Shown here in pieces: positions 46,705 through 56,893 of a stretch of DNA of 64,000 nucleotides. Origin of the DNA: a bacterium (GTDB lineage Bacteria > Patescibacteriota > Minisyncoccia > Phycocordibacterales > UBA9973). The notes beneath the pieces are model-generated. The model was not told the DNA's origin. It did not search any database and was given only the letters and a program-made list of their open reading frames with translations. Each line of letters begins with the position of its first letter. Positions within the stretch are counted from its first letter, which is position 1. The position numbers and the translations under genes are program-made. The stretch is taken from assembly GCA_037127795.1 (NCBI GenBank), contig JBAXXQ010000001.1:78607-142606 (forward strand). Reading direction: 5' to 3'.

Positions 46705-47667
46705 ATGGATTTAATTAATTGTCTTGAAAATAATTGTTTTGGAGTTCCTGATTCTAAAATAGATACACTTTTATCAACATTGTATTTTTTTAACGAAAAG
46801 GTAATAAAGATTTATAAACATAAAAAAGCTTTTTATGGTGATTTGTCAGATAGTGATTTCAGAAGAGATTTTTATATTGAAGATTTTACTTGGAATAATA
46901 CATTGAGCCCTGATTTATATCTTCGTTTGGTCGGTGTTGTTATTGAAAACAATATTCCCGTAGAGGTCTCACATGGTAGTGCTACAGATTTTTATATAGA
47001 AATGAAGAAAATAGATAGTTCAAAAAATATAACAAATTTGTTAGATAAAAATAAGATAACATCTGAAGATTTGGAATCTATCACTTCTTACATGATTAAA
47101 AAAATAAGGGTCCTTACTTCTGAAAAAAAAGAAAAAATGAAGGATTTATTTTTAGGTAATTGGAAGGCTATTTTAACTCAAGATGTTGAAGATTTACGGG
47201 GGTGGATGTATATGGCTGATACCTATATATTTAAAGGTGATGTTGATGAAATAATTGATTTTTTAAAAACATCTATTAATAATGATGAATATATTTCAAG
47301 TTTTAAATCTATTGATCTTGCAGTTTCTATTGACAATCAAGGTGACAACATACTTATGATTGATAATAAACCTTTGTTTATAGATATAATGCCACCTAAA
47401 TACAATTGGCGGGTTTGTGATGAATTTTTTAATATTTCAAGAATTGCTGTTGATGCTTATGTTCTTGGTGATGAAAAAAAGTATGAATCAGTATATGAAG
47501 TTTTTAATAATTTTGGGATAGAACCACCAGAACGAACAAGAATTATTTATGAAATTAGAAGTGCTCTTATTTTATGGCCATATAGACATATTCTTGGGCA
47601 AAATGAAATGGCTGAAAAGTATAAAAAATTTACTCTTGATAAAATTAATATATTAAAATCTTTGTAA
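46705..47667 (+). CDS. Aminoglycoside-phosphotransferase-fold protein (COG2187-like)
   Basis: IDTLLS, KIYK, N..LSPDLY, EMKK, D....NI, FIDI, R..D. Confidence 0.7.
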   Translation: MDLINCLENNCFGVPDSKIDTLLSTLYFFNEKVIKIYKHKKAFYGDLSDSDFRRDFYIEDFTWNNTLSPDLYLRLVGVVIENNIPVEVSHGSATDFYIEMKKIDSSKNITNLLDKNKITSEDLESITSYMIKKIRVLTSEKKEKMKDLFLGNWKAILTQDVEDLRGWMYMADTYIFKGDVDEIIDFLKTSINNDEYISSFKSIDLAVSIDNQGDNILMIDNKPLFIDIMPPKYNWRVCDEFFNISRIAVDAYVLGDEKKYESVYEVFNNFGIEPPERTRIIYEIRSALILWPYRHILGQNEMAEKYKKFTLDKINILKSL

Positions 47668-47668
47668 T

Positions 47669-48457
47669 ATGGAAAAAATAAATTTTGAAACAAAAGAGAA
47701 TATTCCTAAATATAATATAACAAAGGTTGATTTCATAAGACATGGATCTACAAAATATGAGGAGAATAACTTATCAAAAGAAGAAAAAGATTTATTAGGT
47801 GAAAATATTCCTTTAGATTTAACACCTGAAGGTGAAGAAGAGGTTAAAAAATCTGCTGAAGAAATAATTAAAAAAATAAATCCAGAAAAAGAGATTGTAG
47901 TACTTTGGAGCTCTCCTGCCTGGAGAGCTCAAGGGTCTGAATCTATTATTAATCAAATGCTTAATAATGCTGGTATCCTTGTCTATAAAGATTCTTCTAT
48001 TAATCAAATGAGAAGTTTTGATCAGTATGATAAGGATTATATGGATAGTGTTTGGAAAAAAATAGCACCTATTGGTACTTCCTCAGAATTATTATATGCA
48101 CGCGATCCTGAGTTTCAGAGTAGAAATGATAAATTTGAGAGTCAACCAGAGGTGAAGGAAAGAGCAGAGCAGGTATTTAATTGGATTAGATATTTAAATG
48201 AGCATATTAATTTAGAAGATAAAAATCTTCATATTATAGGTGCTAGTCATTTTGAATTTTTAAATCCTATCATGGAAGATATATTTGATTTTAGGGTTGA
48301 AAATGGTGACGCTTTTAAAAAGGGGGAGAATATCAGCATTCAGTTTAATTTTAACAAGGAAACAAAAGAAACGAGTATTACTGCAGACTTCCGTGGGGTA
48401 CATAAAGAGGGTATTATTTTTGACCCTATAAAAAGAAAGTTTTCACTATTACCCTAA
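47669..48457 (+). CDS. Histidine phosphatase superfamily protein
   Basis: FIRHG, LTPEG, SSPAWRA, ES...V.ER, ASH. Confidence 0.85.
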   Translation: MEKINFETKENIPKYNITKVDFIRHGSTKYEENNLSKEEKDLLGENIPLDLTPEGEEEVKKSAEEIIKKINPEKEIVVLWSSPAWRAQGSESIINQMLNNAGILVYKDSSINQMRSFDQYDKDYMDSVWKKIAPIGTSSELLYARDPEFQSRNDKFESQPEVKERAEQVFNWIRYLNEHINLEDKNLHIIGASHFEFLNPIMEDIFDFRVENGDAFKKGENISIQFNFNKETKETSITADFRGVHKEGIIFDPIKRKFSLLP

Positions 48458-48546
48458 GCTCATTGGGCATAGGATCTAATTAATGTAACACTACATATAT
48501 TGACACATATGCCGTTTATCTATAATGTAAAGAAAAAATATAGTAA

Positions 48547-49167
48547 ATGAAAAAACAAAATTTATTCTTTGATTTAGATGGTATGAAATTTGATACCTTA
48601 CCAGTGTTTGTTTCTTATATCAATAATAGATATGGAATACAGACTAAAACTTCTGATCATATTGGTAATAATGACCGTTTGGATGCTGTTATAAAAAAAC
48701 ACGCACCACATATTACTTTGAGTTGGGAAGAGATTTATAAAGATGTTGGTGAAAATTTTCACTCATCGATAGTATGGCATAAAGATGTAGAGCCAATGGA
48801 AGATATGTGTGAAGTTATTTCGTTACTTTCAAATAAATATAATCTTTATACGGTTACCGCACGTCAGAAGGTAGGTGTTCATGTTGTCCAATATTTATTG
48901 GATACTCATATTCCTGGATGTATAGATGATATACATTGTGTATGGGACTATATTGAAGGAAAAGGTTTTTTTGAAATATCTAAAAAAGATTTCATAAAAA
49001 ACACACAAGGTGATAATATTGGATTTTTTGATGATTCATTAAATGAGGTAATGAAGGTCAAGAACACAATCCCTTCCTATTTGTTTGATCCAATGGATTT
49101 GTATGCAGACGTTCAAGGAGTAACTCGTATACGTAGTTGGCAGCAAATTGGTCATTTATATTTATAA
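48547..49167 (+). CDS. HAD-family 5'(3')-nucleotidase-like protein
   Basis: FFDLDG, VTAR, K, FFDDS, RIRSW. Confidence 0.8.
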   Translation: MKKQNLFFDLDGMKFDTLPVFVSYINNRYGIQTKTSDHIGNNDRLDAVIKKHAPHITLSWEEIYKDVGENFHSSIVWHKDVEPMEDMCEVISLLSNKYNLYTVTARQKVGVHVVQYLLDTHIPGCIDDIHCVWDYIEGKGFFEISKKDFIKNTQGDNIGFFDDSLNEVMKVKNTIPSYLFDPMDLYADVQGVTRIRSWQQIGHLYL

Positions 49168-49263
49168 AAGTACGAGACAAGAAGTTTTTGCAGTAATGTA
49201 AAAACTTCTTTTTTGTTTTATATAAATGAATTTAAAAAAATATTTTCTGGTATACTTGTCTAT

Positions 49264-49659
49264 ATGAAAGAACTTACTCAAGAAGAAAAGTGGGTGATTA
49301 TCGACAAGGGGACAGAAGCTCCATTTGTGGGTACGTATGTAAACAATAAAGAGACTGGTGTATATGTGTGCAAACAGTGTGGTGCGCCGTTGTATGATTC
49401 AAAAGATAAATTTGAGTCTAGTTGTGGATGGCCTAGTTTTGATGATGAGATCTCTGGTGCGATTCATAAAAGTATTGAGAGTCGCGCTTCAATGGACACT
49501 GCGCGACACGATTCTGCAGAATCGAATGTCCGCACAGAAATAACTTGTGCGCACTGTGGTGGACACCTGGGGCACATATTCAAAGGTGAGCATTTTACAG
49601 ACAAAGATATTCGACATTGTGTAAACTCAATTTCATTAGATTTTATTCCAGGAAAATAA
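49264..49659 (+). CDS. msrB: Methionine-R-sulfoxide reductase
   Basis: GTEAPF, CGWPSF, HLGHIF, RHCVNS. Confidence 0.95.
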   Translation: MKELTQEEKWVIIDKGTEAPFVGTYVNNKETGVYVCKQCGAPLYDSKDKFESSCGWPSFDDEISGAIHKSIESRASMDTARHDSAESNVRTEITCAHCGGHLGHIFKGEHFTDKDIRHCVNSISLDFIPGK

Positions 49660-49660
49660 T

Positions 49661-50146
49661 ATGATCAAAAAAGCAGTATTTGCAGGTGGGTGTTTTTGGG
49701 GATTACAAGATCTGATACGAAAGCAGGTAGGTGTGATAGAAACACAGGTGGGGTACACAGGAGGTAGTATAGAAAATCCTACATACGAGCGACATACAGG
49801 GTACGCAGAAGCAGTCGAGATCACATATGATACAGAAAAAACATCATACAAAAACTTACTTGATTTTTTCTTTCAAATTCATAACCCTACTACACTAAAC
49901 CAACAAGGCAATGATCGGGGGACTTCGTATCGCTCAGCAATTTTTTATGGAAATGAAGAAGAGAAGAAAGAGGCTGAAGATTTTATAAAAATTGTAAATG
50001 ATTCAAAACGGTGGGACGGTCCTGTGGTTACGACGCTCGAGCCGCTTGGTATCTTTTGGAGGGCAGAGGAATATCACCAAGACTATTTGGTAAAAAACCC
50101 TGCTGGATATACTTGCCACGCCATTTGGTTCGATAGTTATTTATAA
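49661..50146 (+). CDS. msrA: Methionine-S-sulfoxide reductase
   Basis: [25 protein letters not shown]. Confidence 0.96.
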   Translation: MIKKAVFAGGCFWGLQDLIRKQVGVIETQVGYTGGSIENPTYERHTGYAEAVEITYDTEKTSYKNLLDFFFQIHNPTTLNQQGNDRGTSYRSAIFYGNEEEKKEAEDFIKIVNDSKRWDGPVVTTLEPLGIFWRAEEYHQDYLVKNPAGYTCHAIWFDSYL

Positions 50147-50203
50147 AATGCACGTTTATTGACATATATATATTTTAGTTATAATGTAAAGAAAAAATAA
50201 AAT

Positions 50204-50728
50204 ATGGAAAAAATAGTAATTACTCAGGATCCTTTTACTCTTAGTAAGGAAATTATTGATGAGTATGGTGAATTTTTATTAGCACCAGAATATCAATTAC
50301 GTAGTTTTAGTGTTGGTGTATCATTTACGGTAAATGATTTAGAAATTATCGGTATGTATGGTCCAAATAGGTATCTCACCGGTTTGGAATTCAGAAATCA
50401 AATTGTTGCAAAAAAGTATGTACCACTTGATGCATATTGTGCTCAGGCTATTTTGCAAAATGAAGAAGCTTGTTATGAATTGAAATCAAAATGGTATCAA
50501 GAATTTTCTCATAAAGACAATACCGACCTAGACACGATAAGCTTTTTTGGATCTATGTTAGTTGATTGTAATAAAGCATTACAGGTACTTTCTTTTAAGT
50601 ATGATAATTGGACTGATTTTTATCAGCGACCAATTCTTACTCCTTTTGAAGCACGGGATCCATGGTTTAAAGATGATGATTTTGCTCTTGTTTTCAAAGA
50701 AGATTTTATAAAAAAGAATTTTGAATAA
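50204..50728 (+). CDS. Hypothetical protein
   Basis: 174 aa with own promoter and terminator. Confidence 0.65.
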   Translation: MEKIVITQDPFTLSKEIIDEYGEFLLAPEYQLRSFSVGVSFTVNDLEIIGMYGPNRYLTGLEFRNQIVAKKYVPLDAYCAQAILQNEEACYELKSKWYQEFSHKDNTDLDTISFFGSMLVDCNKALQVLSFKYDNWTDFYQRPILTPFEARDPWFKDDDFALVFKEDFIKKNFE

Positions 50729-50821
50729 AATTTTACAACACACACAAATATCCTCTATGTCTCTGGAATAGAGGGTATTTTTTTATTAATTAATAAAAAA
50801 TATTTCTGATATACTCTGTGT

Positions 50822-52198
50822 ATGGAAAATGAATATAAAAATGACGGGGTAAATGAAATTTCGAAAACAAAAACGAATTGGAAATTTTTAGGTATTATGC
50901 TCGTTATTTTAATTGTTCAGATGGTTGGTATCTTTTTTTCTGGTGTATTGATGTTTATCAATGGTATAGATACGTTTAGTTTAGGTCTTTTTATAGGGGG
51001 ATTTATCGTTGCTACTGGTGTCATCTTGCTCCCTTTACCTTTTTGGATTACAGCGAAAAAGCAAAATAAAGGTTCAATTTTTACAATAAATATCCTTATC
51101 AGTGGTATTGTCTGTATCGAATTGGTATTTGTTTTAATAAGCTCAATTATTGGTGGTATACACAATCACTATCAACAAAAAGCATTTCAGGCACAGCTGA
51201 CACAAGAGACTGCTCGTGATAAAACAGAGTATCAAAAAATAATTAGCGGACCACAAACTGTTTTGATTAAGGGGTGGAAAGATAATAATAGTGGAACAAA
51301 TTTACTTGAAACAAATCTTGATTTCTACATATTACTTAATACATCATTTACTCCAGCTATAATAGATTACATTAATAAAAATATTGTTGGAAAACAGTTT
51401 GATCTTATTGTGCCTGAATATGCACCAGGAGAAATTAGTAATTCTGGGTCTAATGAGTATCCTATATGGTCTTGTAGATGTGATCTTGGTCAGAATGGAC
51501 AAGGATTTGAATCGATACTTAGTAAAATTTATAGAAATACACAACCACAATTTAATTCTAGTAATCAAATTATTAGTGAACAAAAAGCAACATATTCTCC
51601 TGGAGATGAATATGTTGATAAATTTATACATGGCACATTTAAAATTTTAAAGACAAATCAGGTTTTTGATTACAAATCTGCGTATGGGACTAATCCAGTA
51701 GGAAGTATCGCTGATTATAATCAATATGCAGTAAGTGATTGTATAACTAAAAATTGTAAAATAGTTTATTTTATAGATAATACATATAGTAATGTTGGGC
51801 CTGCGAATACATTAGCTGTTTTTAATGATATAGATAATCCTGCAATTGGTAAGGTTGTTGATACTACTTTTTATTCTGATGTGAAAAAAGTTGCAAAATT
51901 TTCTACCCCATATAAACCAGAAGACAAGGTTGTGTATACCATTTCATACACGCAAGGTGTAAAACAGGGACAGGTCACATATACAGACAACCTATGTACA
52001 GGTACTAAAGGGGGAGGGTTTAGTTGTCATGAGCCAAGCCTGTATAAAAATGCATTTGCTATATTTTCTCATACCGACAGCCAAGAAGAATATCAAAGTA
52101 TGAACTTCACAGGAAAAATAATAGAGACTGAATTGACCAGCTATCAGTATGCAACTCAGCCAGATACAGGTGAGCAGTTTCCTTTGGTAAAAAGATAA
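50822..52198 (+). CDS. Membrane protein (3 TM plus large soluble domain)
   Basis: Hydrophobic N-terminus, Cys-containing soluble region. Confidence 0.7.
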   Translation: MENEYKNDGVNEISKTKTNWKFLGIMLVILIVQMVGIFFSGVLMFINGIDTFSLGLFIGGFIVATGVILLPLPFWITAKKQNKGSIFTINILISGIVCIELVFVLISSIIGGIHNHYQQKAFQAQLTQETARDKTEYQKIISGPQTVLIKGWKDNNSGTNLLETNLDFYILLNTSFTPAIIDYINKNIVGKQFDLIVPEYAPGEISNSGSNEYPIWSCRCDLGQNGQGFESILSKIYRNTQPQFNSSNQIISEQKATYSPGDEYVDKFIHGTFKILKTNQVFDYKSAYGTNPVGSIADYNQYAVSDCITKNCKIVYFIDNTYSNVGPANTLAVFNDIDNPAIGKVVDTTFYSDVKKVAKFSTPYKPEDKVVYTISYTQGVKQGQVTYTDNLCTGTKGGGFSCHEPSLYKNAFAIFSHTDSQEEYQSMNFTGKIIETELTSYQYATQPDTGEQFPLVKR

Positions 52199-52252
52199 GT
52201 TAAAAATTCTTGGGTGGGATATGTGATGTGTTATTTCTGATATACTTTGCGT

Positions 52253-52984
52253 ATGTTGAGGTTTAAAAAACAACCACTATTTTATTTTGTAATTATTTCT
52301 TTAGTAATACCGAGTTTTTGTTTTGCTACAGTAGATAGGGATATTCGCGTACAAGATATTAGAAATAAACAATTTGAATTATTGAGTCTCGATACGCCCA
52401 CTAGTTTTGGCGAAGCGTATGATATGGCAAAAATAGTTGCACAAAAAACAAAAATTCGCCCTGCATTTTTGTTGGCGATTTTTCAGCAAGAGCTTTCTTT
52501 AGAAAAAACAGATATGTGCTATCTCACTGATTTGCAAACAGGTGCTGGGGTGCGGATTATAGATGGAAAACAATTACAAAAAGTAATGAAACCAGAAAGA
52601 GATATTCCAGATTTTTTGCGTATTACAAAAGCGTTGCATAAAGATCCATACAAAACCGCTATTACGTGTCCAATGAGTTTCGGTTGGGGCGGGGCAATGG
52701 GGCCGGCAGATTTTATTCCATCTACATGGGCACAATATGAAAAGCGTATAGAGGATATAACGGGTGCACCAGCAAATCCGTGGAACACACAAGATGCATT
52801 TTGGGCTGCGGGATTATTTTTGTCAGATTCTGGTGCGAGATCAAAAAACACAAAAGGTGAATTTGATGCAGCAATGATTTATTTTTCTGGCTCTGCGAAA
52901 TCGCCATATACTTTTTATGCAAAAGGCGCACTAGCAAAAGAAGCTGTATTTGCTTCGTATATAAAAACCTTGGAAGGGAAGTAG
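52253..52984 (+). CDS. Lytic murein transglycosylase-like protein
   Basis: Signal peptide; IRPAFLLAI..QE; GGAMGPADFIPSTW; ANPWN..DA. Confidence 0.85.
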   Translation: MLRFKKQPLFYFVIISLVIPSFCFATVDRDIRVQDIRNKQFELLSLDTPTSFGEAYDMAKIVAQKTKIRPAFLLAIFQQELSLEKTDMCYLTDLQTGAGVRIIDGKQLQKVMKPERDIPDFLRITKALHKDPYKTAITCPMSFGWGGAMGPADFIPSTWAQYEKRIEDITGAPANPWNTQDAFWAAGLFLSDSGARSKNTKGEFDAAMIYFSGSAKSPYTFYAKGALAKEAVFASYIKTLEGK

Positions 52985-53042
52985 GCAGAGATAAAAAATG
53001 TATCTTTGACTTTATTTTATAATATGCTATTATAGATGTGCT

Positions 53043-53159
53043 ATGAAGCAAAATAACACAACAAAGCAATACCAAAAGACTGCAGCGAATATTCGTATGT
53101 CTGCCGTTCTCTTTTTTGGCACACAAAAAAATGCTTGTGTTAAGCTTCCGGTTTCTTAA
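53043..53159 (+). CDS. Putative 38-aa leader peptide (not in the ORF track)
   Basis: MKQNNTTKQYQKTAANIRMSAVLFFGTQKNACVKLPVS* just after a TTGACT-N16-TATTAT promoter. Confidence 0.4.
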   Translation: MKQNNTTKQYQKTAANIRMSAVLFFGTQKNACVKLPVS

Positions 53160-53256
53160 ACCAAATAAAATCTTTTTAAGGAATTCAAGCTGAACAAAAG
53201 CTTGGCTTTTATTTCAGCACATAACTATGTTCTTTTAACAATTAAATAAATAAAGT

Positions 53257-55011
53257 ATGAGTACAAAAACACGTACCCAAGTTTTCGCTACAGTGTGGCG
53301 ACATTGGAAACCATCTTTCGTAACACATAGATGGGCAGTATTTTTAACATTTTTATTCTATACGCTCGGAGCGTCTTGTGAATTAATGTTACGACCAAGA
53401 CAGTGGAAACAAGTCTTTGATGCACTTGTTTCCCATCACAACCCATGGTCTGCATTTTATGCAATCATTGGATTATCTGTAGGGATGTGGATAGCACATC
53501 GCCTCGGAGAGTTTTTTATTGTGAATGCTGAGGCAAAAATCATTCGACAACTCAAAGATTATGCATTGCATAGCTTGATGGGGAAGAGTATGGAATTTTT
53601 TTCAGCGCACGCATCTGGAGGACTTGTTGCAAAAGTAAAACGATTTGCGTCTGTTTCTGAAACAGTCATGGATGAATCTGTTTTTTCAATTAGCAGGTCT
53701 GTATTTTTTGTGATATACCTTGTTATTTTTACAGCGTTTACTATTCCAAAACTTTCAATTATTTTTGGAATTTGGATAGTCGTATTTGTAATTATTACTA
53801 TGTATATATCAAGAATTCGGATGAGGTTCGATTTAGAAAGCTCTGAAGCTGACTCTATCACCACGGGTCATATAGCTGATATTTTGATATCACTTATGAC
53901 ACTACGAGTATTTGCTAGAACAAAAGAAGAATATGAATCTTTTACCATAGCAACAAAAGAGGAGCAGAGACGGAGACTGAAAGCGTGGTTTCTGGGGAAC
54001 ATACAAAGAGCAACACAAGGATTTTTGATGGTAATATTGGAAATTGTTTGTATGTACTCTATTGTAAAAAATGTTACCATGGGGACCGAAACTATCGGTA
54101 CTGCTGTTATGATACAGGCGTATATTGCATCCTTATCTTCATATATGTGGGGATTTGGGCATGGTTTGGTAAAAATTAGAATTGCATTTGCTGACGCATA
54201 TGAAATGTCTACATTACTTGATCATAGTAATACAGAGCCAGTACAACATCAATTAACGGAAACAATTTTAACAAAAAATTCATTAGAATTTGAAAATGTT
54301 TCTTTTGGGTATTCTAAAGAATCTACTGCTCTCGATACCATACACTTCTCTTTTAGGGAGGGGGTACGGTACGGTATTGTAGGAGAATCTGGTTCAGGAA
54401 AAACAACGTTGATAAAGTTGTTGTTACGATTGTATGAAAACGATCATGGGATAATACGTATTGGTGATAGTGATATAAAACATATCAACAAGCACACACT
54501 ACGTTCCTGGATCGCATACGTTCCGCAACAACCATTATTTCCAAGTAGGACAGTCAGAGAGATTATCATGCTTGGAAAAAATGATGCATCAGAAGACGAT
54601 GTCATAATTGCTGCAAAAAAAGCATGTTGTGATTTTGTTTTCAAGTTACCGCGAGGTCTCGATACGCAAGTAGGAGAGCGAGGTATAAAGCTTTCTGGTG
54701 GCGAGTGTCAAAGACTTGCAATAGCAGCCGCTATTTTAAAAGATGCGCCTATTGTAATAATGGACGAACCTACTAGTGCACTTGATGCAGAAACAGAACG
54801 AGTAATTCAGGAATCTATCAAAAAACATTTTTCCGGAAAAACACTGATTGTTATTGCACACCGTCTCTCGACTGTTGCAATATTAGATGAAGTGGTTCTC
54901 ATGAAAAACGGAAAGATTGTGGTAAGTGCTCCACACAAAGAACTACTTGCTATTTCTAGGGAGTACGGTCATATGTGGGAATTACAAACCAATCCTCAAC
55001 AATTTATTTAA
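53257..55011 (+). CDS. ABC exporter (fused permease and ATPase)
   Basis: TM domain; GESGSGKT, LSGGECQR, MDEPTSALD, AHRL. Confidence 0.93.
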   Translation: MSTKTRTQVFATVWRHWKPSFVTHRWAVFLTFLFYTLGASCELMLRPRQWKQVFDALVSHHNPWSAFYAIIGLSVGMWIAHRLGEFFIVNAEAKIIRQLKDYALHSLMGKSMEFFSAHASGGLVAKVKRFASVSETVMDESVFSISRSVFFVIYLVIFTAFTIPKLSIIFGIWIVVFVIITMYISRIRMRFDLESSEADSITTGHIADILISLMTLRVFARTKEEYESFTIATKEEQRRRLKAWFLGNIQRATQGFLMVILEIVCMYSIVKNVTMGTETIGTAVMIQAYIASLSSYMWGFGHGLVKIRIAFADAYEMSTLLDHSNTEPVQHQLTETILTKNSLEFENVSFGYSKESTALDTIHFSFREGVRYGIVGESGSGKTTLIKLLLRLYENDHGIIRIGDSDIKHINKHTLRSWIAYVPQQPLFPSRTVREIIMLGKNDASEDDVIIAAKKACCDFVFKLPRGLDTQVGERGIKLSGGECQRLAIAAAILKDAPIVIMDEPTSALDAETERVIQESIKKHFSGKTLIVIAHRLSTVAILDEVVLMKNGKIVVSAPHKELLAISREYGHMWELQTNPQQFI

Positions 55012-55074
55012 TAAAAAACCAAAACCGCCCCCGTGGCGGTTTTTTTATTTGTATTTTTGCTATACTCAGTCACG

Positions 55075-56433
55075 ATGACTCAAGCACAGGTATTGGATAT
55101 TTTGAAAACAGGTGCAAATGTATTTGTAACAGGAGAGCCTGGTGCTGGTAAAACACATACTATACATGCATATATTGAATATCTGCGAAAACACAAAATA
55201 GAGCCAGCGATCACCGCGAGTACTGGTATTGCCGCGACGCATATAGGTGGGATGACTATACATTCTTGGAGTGGTATAGGTATCAAGCAAGATATGAGTG
55301 CGTATGAGCTCGATGCGCTTGCGACCAAAGAGTATGTAGTAAAACGTATTATGAAAACAAAAGTGCTCATCATAGATGAGATATCTATGCTTACACCAAA
55401 AATGTTTTCTCTTGTTGATACAGTCTGTCGTATGGTCAAACAAAACCCGGAACCGTTTGGTGGTATACAAGTTGTTTGTGTGGGAGATTTTTTTCAACTT
55501 CCACCAATAAAAAAAGCTGCACCTGTATTACAGAGTATGGAGCTTTTTGCAGAAAAGCCTGCGACATTCGTATACGAAAGTGATACATGGGAAAAGCTTG
55601 GTATGCTTGTTTGTTATATCACCGAGCAACACCGCCAAAGCGATACTGATTTTCTCGATCTATTGTCTGCGATACGAAGCAATACTATAGAAGAAGGGCA
55701 CTACACGACACTACAAGATAGACTTATCACTCCTGCAGAAATTCCTGAAGAAACAACAAAACTTTTTTCACTCAATGCCGATGTTGATATGATAAATACT
55801 CGTGCACTTGCAGAGCTTCCAGGCGATATGCGCACATATACTATGAGCACCTATGGTAATGATCTGATAGCAGCAAGTTTACAAAAAAGTTGTTTATCTC
55901 CCGAAGTGCTGCAATTAAAAAAAGATGCCGTAGTTTTGTTTACAAAAAATAATCCTGCAAAAGGGTTTGCAAATGGGACACAAGGAGTGGTGATAGATTT
56001 CAATCCGCTTGGGTACCCTATAGTAGAAACAAAATCTGGAAAAATAATTCATCTCGAACCGATGGATTGGAGTATTGAAGATCAAGGAAAAATAAAAGCA
56101 ACAATCTCTCAAATACCATTGCGTCTCGCATGGGCTATCACGGTACACAAAAGTCAGGGTATGTCGCTCGATAGGGCAGTCATGGATCTTTCGAGTGTGT
56201 TTGAATACGGGCAAGGGTATGTTGCACTTTCTCGAGTACGCTCACTCAAAGGACTTTTTATCTTAGGAATAAATAATCGAGCACTAGAAGTTCACCCGCA
56301 GATATTGCATATTGATCAAGTGTTTAGAAAACAAAGCGATGCTATAGCAGACGCATTTGCAAAAATGAAAAAAACAGAGCTTACCAAAATGCACAAAAAT
56401 TTTGTTGTTGCAGTCCAAGGTGAGTGGAAATAA
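55075..56433 (+). CDS. PIF1-family DNA helicase
   Basis: GEPGAGKT, IDEISM, GDFFQLPP, LAWAITVHKSQG, YVALSR. Confidence 0.93.
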   Translation: MTQAQVLDILKTGANVFVTGEPGAGKTHTIHAYIEYLRKHKIEPAITASTGIAATHIGGMTIHSWSGIGIKQDMSAYELDALATKEYVVKRIMKTKVLIIDEISMLTPKMFSLVDTVCRMVKQNPEPFGGIQVVCVGDFFQLPPIKKAAPVLQSMELFAEKPATFVYESDTWEKLGMLVCYITEQHRQSDTDFLDLLSAIRSNTIEEGHYTTLQDRLITPAEIPEETTKLFSLNADVDMINTRALAELPGDMRTYTMSTYGNDLIAASLQKSCLSPEVLQLKKDAVVLFTKNNPAKGFANGTQGVVIDFNPLGYPIVETKSGKIIHLEPMDWSIEDQGKIKATISQIPLRLAWAITVHKSQGMSLDRAVMDLSSVFEYGQGYVALSRVRSLKGLFILGINNRALEVHPQILHIDQVFRKQSDAIADAFAKMKKTELTKMHKNFVVAVQGEWK

Positions 56434-56459
56434 AACTTTTTTGCTATACTATTTTTACT

Positions 56460-56843
56460 ATGGAAAAAGATTTTGATTCTTGGAATAGTATCAAGCAAGA
56501 TATAGAAAAAAATAAAAAATCTTTATATGCAAACCAGCGAGAAGTTTGGTGGTGTTCTATTGGTATTAATGTCGGCTCTGAGTCTTGTGGAAAAAATGAA
56601 TTATTTGAACGACCAGTATTAATACTAAAAGTTATTCAAAAAGAGCTTTTACTTGTGGTACCACTTTCAACAAAAGACAAAGATAGTAAGTATCATATAG
56701 ATATATCTTTTTCTGATACAAAATCTTTTGCTCAACTTGAACATATAAAAACAATAAGTTCAAAAAGACTTTCTAGGAAAGTAGGGAGAATACCAAAACC
56801 TATGTTTGAAAAGGTTTGGTTGTTATATAAAGAGTTGCTATAA
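56460..56843 (+). CDS. PemK/MazF-family endoribonuclease toxin, no adjacent protein antitoxin
   Basis: REVWW...G.NVGSE..GK...RPVLIL, VVPLST, ISSKRL..KVG. Confidence 0.88.
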   Translation: MEKDFDSWNSIKQDIEKNKKSLYANQREVWWCSIGINVGSESCGKNELFERPVLILKVIQKELLLVVPLSTKDKDSKYHIDISFSDTKSFAQLEHIKTISSKRLSRKVGRIPKPMFEKVWLLYKELL

Positions 56844-56893
56844 AATCGAAAATCCCCCGAATGGGGGATTTTCTCGGAGCCCGAAGGCCATGT
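56843..56893 (-). ncRNA. Candidate ~50-nt RNA convergent on mazF
   Basis: Minus-strand TTGACT-N16-TATACT promoter; GGCC-UUCG-GGCU hairpin; 11-bp hairpin with U-rich tail. Confidence 0.5.

Noticed and set aside
44888-53000. Prophage or classical integrase island at tRNA-His
   Set aside because: No integrase or phage structural genes, and no duplicated tRNA-His 3' end was found by eye
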